Of a DNA stretch of 64,000 nucleotides, positions 53,001 through 59,400 are shown in pieces. Location: the NCBI GenBank assembly GCA_024704765.1, contig JAKMXF010000111.1, forward strand, positions 1,318,619 through 1,382,618, in the 5' to 3' direction. The notes beneath the pieces were generated by a model. It saw only the letters and a program-made list of their open reading frames with translations, was not told the DNA's origin and searched no databases. Origin of the DNA: Oopsacas minuta. Lineage: Eukaryota; Animalia; Porifera. Position 1 is the stretch's first letter. Each line of letters opens with the position of its first letter. Both the position numbers and the translations under genes were made by a program.

Positions 53001-55553
53001 AGTCTGCTTCAAGTTCGTTCCTAGAATCATCAGACATATCTTCCAGGAAATCCTTTACGACCGGGGGAGTGAAGAACATAAAGAAGCTATCCTGAGGTTC
53101 CACCCTTGTGACGTACTTGGGTGAGGCAACCTTCTTGTCCTTCGTTCTACGTCTGATATGTCTCCGCGTCACGTTTTTGCCTTTGTTCCAATGTATCTCG
53201 CAACCTTTGCAGTTAACAATCTCAGGGCCTGTAAAACCGAACGGTTCTTCCGGGTCTACTTCACATTTCACATTGTACTGCTTAGTGAGAACTTTGTCAG
53301 TAAAGTATTCGTTATCTGCGAAGTAAAACTCAATTGTGAAGTCTAATCCGTCATGGTTGGGATAAATCATCTTGATATCTTGTAGTGATGCGAGGATAGC
53401 TATGTCATGAGTGAAAATATTAGTCTCTAACATGTCTACGTTCTGAAGAACTGTCAACCAAAAGTTAGGTATCCCTCTTGTATCCTCCTCTTTGCTGGCC
53501 TCTGCCCCCTTTTCATCTCCGATAGAGAGCTCCTTCACGCCTTCACTAATCGTCCCTGATTCTGTCTCCATATTCCCTCCTTTCCCTTCTTCAGGGATAG
53601 CTTCCAATTCCTCCGTCTCATCAGCACCAAACTCTTTGTCTTCGTCCGAGGGCTCCATCACCCCTAGTACCACAGCTGACCGCCTCTGAAATACCTCATC
53701 GAATTTGCTCCTGTACTCATTCTCTAGGGTACAAATCTTACGCATGAACTCTGCTTCCAACTGGAAGTACTCCAGCTGGTACTTCCTCAGAGCTCGTACC
53801 CTAGCCTTCACGGAGTCAGGAAGAGACTCTAGATACCCGGAGCTACAGCCTAGCATTGAGGCCATTTTAGCTTGTAAAGAAGCAAGGAATTTGGGATCCT
53901 TGAGTAACCCATCTGTAACAGCTTGTGGGTCTAATATATTGGTGATTGTATCTGTGTCTTGTGTAGGTGTTACAGGAGCTGCAGGTTGAGCTGTAGCCTC
54001 TGCTTCTGAGGTTGTAGAGTCAGGACACTGGTTGTCGTTCTCAGACATCTTATAGGGTATAGCTGAGGTTAGCAATGTTGTAATAACCATTCATGAATAG
54101 CAGAAATGTACTAGTATAGTACTAGCATAGTATAGTACTAGCATAGTACTAGTATAGTACTAGTATTTTATTGACGGCTTCGTTAATTCAAAAATATGAA
54201 AATTAGAATTTACTTTGTCAAATATTTCGTGCTGAATTAATTTATGATTATAAATAAAATGTTAAAAAATAGGTAAGTAGTTGGATAATAATTTTGTTTA
54301 CATAAGTTATGTAAACAGCTACACTTTTCGAATAAATTAATAATTCAGCATTGCTATTATTTGAGCATTCAAAATAATATTTACATCATCAAATTCGAGC
54401 TGAAAACAGCTAGAATTTGGCTGTTTTAAAATACAAAATAAATATCGGAAGGTACATTTAAGCGCTATGTTTCTATAATAATTTTTACAGAATATTTTTC
54501 AAGAATGTCTCTCAAATTTATGTAATATAATTGGAAGGCAAGTAGAAATATGAATTTTTTAATAGCTGTTAACAGCAACAATTTTTCGTGGGTTGTTAAC
54601 AGCTAAGCTGTTTCATCCCTGTACACAACACGTATCTATTGATACAGGTTATCATCACTTGTCATACTATACATAGATATGCCGCGAAGAGTAAGTAAAA
54701 GAGTAACAAAGAGATCTTCCGACTCACAAACATCTGAAGAGTCTACTCCAAAGAAAACTAAAGTAACTCCCTCTCCAAGACGTAGGAAAGCAGTATCTAA
54801 GAAAATCACGAGATTGTCTCCTCGTATTAACAAACTATCAACTTCTCCTAGCAAGACTCTACTGGAAAAGAGGAGAGCGGTCAGTTACTGATTCTAACAG
54901 AAAATATTTGTTCTTTGAATACAACTATGTTACTTGACAATTTCAATAATTTGTGTTAAGGAAAACTATTTTGGATAATTATTATTCCAAATATGCAACC
55001 ATTTTTCATTAAATAACCTAAAAGTAGGTTAAATCCTACACACATGTCTACCTAGGCTAGAGAGGAACATCTGGAAACACCTAGCCCACTGAGCAAGAGA
55101 ACACCACCTAATGATGATTTGGATATATCATTAGACTATATAACACCCAAGAAGAGGAATAAGTATGAAAAACTGAATGACGTATTTAATTTCAGATATG
55201 AAGACAAAGTTGTTGTACCATCCTCTCCTATACTACCCTCTCTACCTGTCTTTAAAAAGTTTTCTCCCAGCCCATCCCTCCCACTACCGTTAGGACAACC
55301 TACTGATGCAATGCGAGCAGTGGCTACAAACGCCGAGCTGAGGAGAGGAAGAGGAAGAAATAAGAAGAAACATATAGTACAAGTACCAGATGATGATGAT
55401 GATGATGATGAGTTAGAAATTATTTCTATTGTTAAAACACCTAAAGCAAAGACTGCTAAGAGAAAAACAACCAGTAATGACCCTCTATCTAACCCTACAT
55501 CTGAGATGATTAAAGTTATGCACAGTCAGGGTATAGGCAGGAGGAAGAAATAA
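35033..55553 (+). CDS. VRK1: VRK1/NHK-1-like (vaccinia-related) kinase, 10 exons, ~604 aa, long basic C-terminal tail
   Basis: Exons 35033-35195, 35267-35319, 35640-35709, 37399-37598, 38180-38278, 38353-38485, 51804-51924, 52028-52302, 54677-54879, 55056-55553 total 1815 nt and stay in frame with GT..AG ends. [13 protein letters not shown]|[61 protein letters not shown]. Exons 9-10 are inferred from splice phase only. Confidence 0.88.
35337..35578. mobile_element. hAT-type MITE remnant in VRK1 intron 2
   Basis: AGTTGCACACGGGC ... GCCCACGTGCAACT (12/14 inverted match); no intact TSD. Confidence 0.45.
36150..36880 (-). mobile_element. Degenerate FLYWCH-MULE (Mutator) transposase remnant with internal deletion, in VRK1 intron 3
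   Basis: [13 protein letters not shown] (FLYWCH-like) near 36790-36830; ORF 36309..36599 with [24 protein letters not shown] (MULE first Asp); then directly a C-terminal-like segment ([14 protein letters not shown]). Confidence 0.65.
36956..37337. mobile_element. hAT-like MITE with GGTTAACCG subterminal repeats
   Basis: CAAGGGATGGAGTTGGTTAACCG ... CGGTTAACGGAATCCAGCCCTG imperfect TIRs. Confidence 0.45.
37636..38156 (+). mobile_element. Non-autonomous Helitron-like element filling VRK1 intron 4
   Basis: 5' A|TC; 3' hairpin GTCGC-GCA-GCGAC then CTAG|T at 38153-38157. 37880-37970 resembles the reverse complement of 47550-47650. Confidence 0.55.
39503..41023 (-). CDS. Cytochrome P450, clan 4 (copy 1), intronless, nested antisense in VRK1 intron 6
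   Basis: 506 aa. N-terminal TM anchor, PGP hinge, [13 protein letters not shown]-helix [13 protein letters not shown] (ExxR), FDPSRF, heme motif [10 protein letters not shown]. Confidence 0.95.
   Translation of the reverse strand: MLNTVTKYLYDQTSLYSLCWILLLSYGLYLLAKLFRFVTRYSYIRWRLPGPKLDHPIFGMKVARIDRKYLAKLENTIKDYPRFGRMIYGSIFSIMVTGPEVAQQIFNQVESKDKTFVYMVTPWLGNGLVFSEGAIWKRNRKLLTPTFYYQSLINFVKIMNKSSDRMIEVINRDSNGKDPIEFVPLIHNMTLEVILNCICSKGSDLQLNIDTNSREMTYVEGLEKIRQGMEERFSSFFSMFDIIFYRKNVGKEFARGAKMTKQYIVSLIQEREENPREESDKSDYDMLDLLTRSRDEEGNGLTQKEIIDELNTFVFAGHDTTGAASSFVFYHLAKYPELQEKCREEVLSVMGGRDEIEWKDIAKFTYLTCFIKETMRLYPPVMFISKMLNKPFTIDGHKIPANVSLDISPSLIHKNAKHWPDPDKFDPSRFNGENIEKHHPYAFIPFSAGSRNCIGQNFAMSEIKIITAKLLKKFQVSLQDGYDIDITVKVILSPSDNLPLVFRPLW
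41627..41835 (+). promoter_or_regulatory. 209-bp upstream block of P450 copy 2 with TATA box
   Basis: TATAAAA at 41782-41788, 47 nt before the ATG. The block matches 48346-48554 except for one base that I could find. Confidence 0.55.
41836..43353 (+). CDS. Cytochrome P450, clan 4 (copy 2), intronless, nested sense in VRK1 intron 6
   Basis: 505 aa, same motifs as copy 1; most divergent copy in the substrate-contact segments. Confidence 0.95.
   Translation: MLNTVAEYLYDQTSLYSLCWILLLSYGLYLLAKLFRFVTRYSYIRWRLPGPKLDHPIFGMKYIKIDKKSLTNLENTIKDYPRFGRMIYGSIFSIMVTGPEVAQQIFNQVESKKSTFNYMMTPWLGNGLVLSEGAIWKRNRKLLTPTFYYQSLINFVKIMNKSSDRMIEVINRDSNGKDPIEFVPLIHNMTLEVILNCICSKGSDLQLNIDTNSREMTYVEGLEKIRQGMEERFSSFFSIFDIIFYRKNVGKEFARGAKMTKQYIVSLIQEREENPREESDKSDYDMLDLLTRSRDEEGNGLTQKEIIDELNTFVFAGHDTTGAASSFVFYHLAKYPELQEKCREEVLSVMGGRDEIEWKDIAKFTYLTCFIKETMRLYPPGILVSKMLNKPFTIDGYKIPANVSFDNWIYFIHRNAKHWPDPDKFDPSRFNDENIEKHHPYAFIPFSAGSRNCIGQNFAMSEIKIITARLIKNFQVSLQDGYDIDYKVTIVLSPSDNLPLVFRPL
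43908..44338 (-). mobile_element. Non-autonomous Helitron-like element between P450 copies 2 and 3
   Basis: Minus strand: 5' TCTTTGCTATTTAAACGCAATTAATCTGT (shared with the 48020 element); 3' hairpin GCAC-TTC-GTGC then CTAG|T. Confidence 0.55.
45085..46491 (-). CDS. Cytochrome P450, clan 4 (copy 3), 5'-deleted; 468-aa ORF from a novel ATG and lacking the membrane anchor (or a pseudogene)
   Basis: Homology to copy 1 stops at 46554 (codons 1-16 lost). An in-frame TAA lies upstream, and the first in-frame ATG is at the Val38 codon (GTG>ATG). All catalytic motifs are intact. Confidence 0.75.
   Translation of the reverse strand: MTRYSYIRWRLPGPKLDHPIFGMKVARIDRKSLAKLENTIKDYPRFCRMIYGPIFSIMVTGPEVAQQIFNQVESKNKTFVYMMTPWLGNGLVFSEGTIWKRNRKLLTPTFYYQSLINFVKIMNKSSDRMIEVINRDSNGKDPIEFVPLIHNMTLEVILNCICSKGSDLQLNIDTNSREMTYVEGLEKIRQGMEERFSSFFSIFDIIFYRKNVGKEFARGAKMTKQYIVSLIQEREENPREESDKSDYDMLDLLTRSRDEEGNGLTQKEIIDELNTFVFAGHDTTGAASSFVFYHLAKYPELQEKCREEVLSVMGGRDEIEWKDIAKFTYLTCFIKETMRLYPPVMFISKMLNKPFTIDGHKIPANVSLDISPSLIHKNAKHWPDPDKFDPSRFNGENIEKHHPYAFIPFSAGSRNCIGQNFAMSEIKIITAKLIKNFQVSLQDGYDIDITVKVVLSPSDNLRIVFRPL
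47525..48020 (-). mobile_element. Non-autonomous Helitron-like element between P450 copies 3 and 4
   Basis: Minus strand: A|TCTATACTATAAAACGCAATTAATCTGT ... hairpin GTCG-GGTAG-CGAC then CTAT. Internal similarity to the elements at 12933 and 37636. Confidence 0.55.
48022..48145. mobile_element. hAT (Charlie-like) MITE, 124 bp, perfect 8-bp TSD
   Basis: TIRs CAGTGGTTCTCAACCT / AGGTTGAGAACCAGTG (15/16); TSD GTATAGAT at 48014-48021 and 48146-48153. Confidence 0.9.
48346..48554 (+). promoter_or_regulatory. 209-bp upstream block of P450 copy 4 with TATA box
   Basis: Near-identical to 41627-41835. Confidence 0.55.
48555..50072 (+). CDS. Cytochrome P450, clan 4 (copy 4), intronless, nested sense in VRK1 intron 6
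   Basis: 505 aa, same motifs as copies 1-3. Confidence 0.95.
   Translation: MLNTVAEYLYDQTSLYSLCWILLLSYGLYLLAKLFRFVTRYSYIRWRLPGPKLDHPIFGMKVARIDRKSLAKLENTIKDYPRFGRMIYGPIFSIMVTGPEVAQQIFNQVESKNKTFVYMMTPWLGNGLVFSEGTIWKRNRKLLTPTFYYQSLINFVKIMNKSSDRMIEVINRDSNGKDPIEFVPLIHNMTLEVILNCICSKGSDLQLNIDTNSREMTYVEGLEKIRQGMEERFSSFFSIFDIIFYRKNVGKEFARGAKMTKQYIVSLIQEREENPREESNKSDYDMLDLLTRSRDEEGNGLTQKEIIDELNTFVFAGHDTTGAASSFVFYHLAKYPELQEKCREEVLSVMGGRDEIEWKDIAKFTYLTCFIKETMRLYPPVMFISKMLNKPFTIDGHKIPANVSLDISIGLIHRNASHWPDPDKFDPSRFKDENIEKHHPYAFIPFSAGSRNCIGQNFAMSEIKIITARLLKKFQVSLQDGYDIDITVKVVLSPSDNLPLLFSPL
50538..50705. mobile_element. pogo-like MITE, 168 bp, TA TSD
   Basis: TA|CAGTAGACTCTCGTTAATAC ... GTATTAACGAGACTCTACTG|TA (19/20). 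Confidence 0.85.
50836..50983. mobile_element. Second, inverted and slightly deleted copy of the same MITE
   Basis: Internal sequence is the reverse complement of 50538-50705 (e.g. ATCAGTCCCCTTCGATGC..TTTTCAATGTAAATTACT); TA at both ends. Confidence 0.8.
51137..51281. repeat. 14-bp perfect inverted repeat around ~117 bp
   Basis: TCACTCATGGCATG (51137) / CATGCCATGAGTGA (51268); probably a small MITE. Confidence 0.5.
52795..54048 (-). CDS. NAP1L1: Nucleosome assembly protein 1 (NAP1L-like), intronless, nested antisense in VRK1 intron 8
   Basis: 417 aa from the ATG at 54048. [84 protein letters not shown], acidic tail, PEC. Confidence 0.93.
   Translation of the reverse strand: MSENDNQCPDSTTSEAEATAQPAAPVTPTQDTDTITNILDPQAVTDGLLKDPKFLASLQAKMASMLGCSSGYLESLPDSVKARVRALRKYQLEYFQLEAEFMRKICTLENEYRSKFDEVFQRRSAVVLGVMEPSDEDKEFGADETEELEAIPEEGKGGNMETESGTISEGVKELSIGDEKGAEASKEEDTRGIPNFWLTVLQNVDMLETNIFTHDIAILASLQDIKMIYPNHDGLDFTIEFYFADNEYFTDKVLTKQYNVKCEVDPEEPFGFTGPEIVNCKGCEIHWNKGKNVTRRHIRRRTKDKKVASPKYVTRVEPQDSFFMFFTPPVVKDFLEDMSDDSRNELEADFTLGEIIKEKVISRAVLYFTGEIDQVESDQEESVESGEGEGEYNSDNDPDFVPGRTPDKPPECQNQTQ
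54108..54166. repeat. Imperfect TAG(T/C)ATAGTAC tandem repeat 60 bp upstream of the NAP1 ATG
   Basis: gtac-tagtatagtac-tagcatagtatagtac-tagcatagtac-tagtatagtac-tagtat. Confidence 0.75.
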
Positions 55554-56478
55554 TTATGTCTGCGACAAATCACTTAGCTATTTATCAAAAGCTTAGGGTT
55601 ACTCATTCTCTTATTGTAGTGAAAATCTGCTAACACGCCTGTTTGTACGATTAAATAAGATAAATTTAGTGAATGTTTATTCTCTCACACAATAAGTATA
55701 TTGTGATACTATTGTTTGAACAAATAACAAACTCTGCAGATTATTTACTTATATTTAATTTTGGGAACAAAGATATGCAAACCGTTTGAGATAAGGGTTA
55801 TAAGGAGGAACCTAGGGGCTGTAGAGCATACTTTGGACCCCGACATCTCAAATAGATGTTACTTTCCCGAGAAGGTAGAGAGTATGATAGATAGAATAAT
55901 AAAAATATATTTCTTAAATAGATCAATCAACCAATACATAAACCGATTATGAAATTTAGAATAATCTTACATTACAGAAGTAGAATATCAATCATTATTA
56001 GAATATGCTTGTTCTGAAACTGTAATACAGTAGCAAATAATACTATTTCTTTCGGTAGAAACACTACTAGACACTTACTAGTGAATAATGTAGTATTGTT
56101 GCCTCCATAGCTTGCTTATAGCCATAGAGCTAATACAAATTAATGTGTAAACTCACTAGACTGGTCCAGGTTTTGTGGAGTTTAGAGCCTCTGCCTGCTC
56201 TGCAGAGTGCCGACTAATACAATATTTGATAAGATTTAAATTATACAATTAATTAATTAATTATGAGGTAATTAAATGCATATGAGTAATGAGGTTGCTA
56301 ACTATTTATAAATTCATAATTGGAGTAATAGAACTATAAAAAAAAAGGCAACTCAAAACAGGATCTTTGTTAGATACGGAATCTCGCATAGGAATGTGAA
56401 CTATACATGTATATTGAGTATGTCAGGAGTGTGGATTACCTCTCAAGTATAATCTGTTGTATCTGTGAGCTTGATAGA

Positions 56479-59400
56479 CTAGTAACGCACCCCAGGAGGA
56501 AGTGGGTGAGGAACAGGCTGCTTGTTCTGCATTATTTGTCTAACTTCTTTAGATGCCTCACTGATGGAGGCAGTGGTTACTGACACTGTGTCTGGAGATA
56601 CCCTTGCTCTGGAAACAGTCAGAGCATCAGGCTGAGCCTGTGGCATAAAGAGGGTTCCACTGAATGGAGAGTCAAAATTGGTGGGAAAGAGAGGGGCAGG
56701 TGGAGCCATTGAAGATTTAGGGCCTGTCGTGTTCATGATATCTACGTAACGAGAACGGGTATTGAAACTCATGATACCCTGCGGTTCGGTAGGAGGGAGG
56801 GTCCCGGGAATGCTGAGAGGTGCTAGGTCAATGTCTTTGGGTGGGGAAATAGGAGCAGCTGATTCTTGTTCCCCTCCAATCTTATCTATCCACATACCTT
56901 TGTCGTAGTCGTAGAAGAACCGATCTGACTTAGTTGGCAGTCTCATCTGATTTTTGTTAAGAGATTTGGATCGAAACCTCCCTACAATATTCCCTACCCA
57001 TGAGCTGCCCCCTGTCTGACCTCCGTTATCAGCACTACCTGTAAAGGGGCGGTTTATCGAGTCAGATGGACTCTGAGGGGTGCTAATGATACCAGGAGGT
57101 AGAGGACTGGAATCAAGAGAGGGGATATCAAAGTCTACTTCTTCATCTGTGTTATGTCCCCCTCCTCCCATCAAGCTCTCATCTCCAGCAGACTTGTAAC
57201 TCTCAGTAGTAGCTTCATCATCCTCAACAACTCCAAATCCCTCTCTAAACATACTAGCCTCTGGTGTAGAGAATGCTACAGCATCAGGTAACACATTAAC
57301 CTGAGACTGTGTAGCCTGAGGATGAGCATATGCTGGTCCTGAGACAGGATTCACTCCGAATTGGCGGTTAGGTATAATGCTCAGCTGTTTGCTGTCTGGG
57401 TATGGAGACATGAGAGATGGGGTGGGTGTGAGGAGCGGGATGGAAGGTGTGGGTACATATATACCACCTCCCTGCTGTTGCTCTATGTAGGAAGATATCA
57501 TAGATATCCATCTCGGGTAATGAGGAGGATCGTGTAGAGGGGTAGAGGGTAGTTGTATAAGAGACCCGTGTAGCAGATCGGATAGAGAGAGCAGGTGTGA
57601 GAGGAATCCTATTGAATAGGAGTATGGCTGTTTCTGAACAGAAGCAAATATAGCCTCACAATAAGAGAAAGCCTTTTGCAGGAGTCCAGCCTCTGCGTAG
57701 AGGACAGCTATTCGGTATTTAAAGGGCTGAAAGCCTTGTAGAGAGAATTCTGAGTTGGAGAGGGAGCGAGCATATTCGTACACTTCTGTCTTGTGCAGCT
57801 CTTCAGGACCTACACACCTGGAGCCGAGATGGAAACCAGATCCCTCTACTCCCAGCAGAGAGTACTTGCTCTCTTTATCTCCCCACCCACCCAGGGGGTA
57901 TCCTTGTAACAGTCTTACAAGATGTGCTGCATTGGTGTGCGAGCACTCAGCAAGATTGTCAGCTAGAGAGGAGATAGATGTTTCAGAGGCTGGTAGATTC
58001 CTGTGAGATATCAGCATGGCTAGATGTTGCTTCCAGTTGTGGCCTTCTCTCAGATAGAAGGCGTGTACTCCGTGTGGACGCTTCCCCACCACAGCACTGT
58101 AGTAACACTGCAGAGGGTCAGAAGCATGCAGAGAGTATGTGAACCTATCCTGTACAGAAGCTCTGGTATGTTCGTCTAAAGTCTGAGCTAACAACAGTGC
58201 ATGTGTCCATAGCTTCTGCTCAGTACAGAATTCTACTGCTTCTTTGATCCGTCTCTGTAGTACCAGCTGTCTTAACTTCTCTCCCACCTCTCTGCTCTCC
58301 AGCTGATTCTGTCCTTCTATCTGTCGTGTGTTGAAGGAACCTCCCTGAGTCAGCAGCTCTACCACATCTGACGTCACTAGCACTCCATTCTGAGCACACA
58401 GTCGTGACAAATACTCCCACATGAGGGCATTGTCTGTGTCGCCTATCGTCTGGGAAGCAGTCACGTGTTCCTTGGTGAAGCGTACTACTTCTGACTTTAC
58501 GGAGAGCGAGTTTAGAGGACCTGGGAAGGAATCGTGCTTTGCTAAGAGAGGCAACTGACACACTTCATGTAGCTTGCGTATCTTAACTCCGCTGACAGAG
58601 TTGTATGGAGTGAGTAGCAGAGCTCCGTTACTGCTGAATGTAGCCTTGACGTGAGGATAGTCGAATAGAAGAGGTGTGTTACGCTGTGTTTCTAGGTCAG
58701 GCACTGGTGTAGAGCTCTGATTAACGTACCCAAACGAGATATGTTGAGCAGATAGCTTTTCCAACAAGAAAGAAGATTCTAGAGGATGCTGTGGTTCTTG
58801 CTGTAATTGTTCTTGATGCTGTTCTTCAGCTCCAGCGCTATAGATAGATCCTATCTCAGTAGTATCATCAGCTAGACTCGGAGCATAACTACCCATTCTA
58901 CTACCTGGATGACTCATGTATGGGTACATATGTGGATTCATTGGATAGTAAGGAAATGGGTAAGGAGGGTAACCAGGAGGTACTATCTGTTGGTCCTCCC
59001 CAGCTTCCCCATTAGGAACATAAGGGGGATAGAACATGTACGGATACTGGTATTGATAAGGGTTGTAGTAAGGGAAGTATCCCTGAGGAGGGTAACCAAC
59101 TGTAGGGTCTTCTTCCTTCGGGGCGGGACCAGGAGCAGGCCATCTTTGCATAGGAGGGTAGCCGTAAGGAGGATAAGGGTACTCTGGATTAGCTGGCATG
59201 GTGAGGTTAGGATCAGTGTATGGTTTGGGAGGTTGAGGTAGGTATCTGTGGGTATGTGTGTCTGGTACTGGAGGCAGCTCCCTGTGCCTCTGCTCAGAGG
59301 TGTAGACTGCTGCATCAGGTAGTGTGTTGGTAACAGGAGGAGGGGATGTCTTAGGAGGGTCAGAGGTAGAGACAGGAAGATCTGTTGTTATTTGAGGAGG

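Noticed and set aside
54679-55553. ORFs 54679..54891 and 55119..55553 as independent basic proteins
   Set aside because: Splice sites and phases join them in frame to VRK1 exon 8, so they are treated as exons 9-10.
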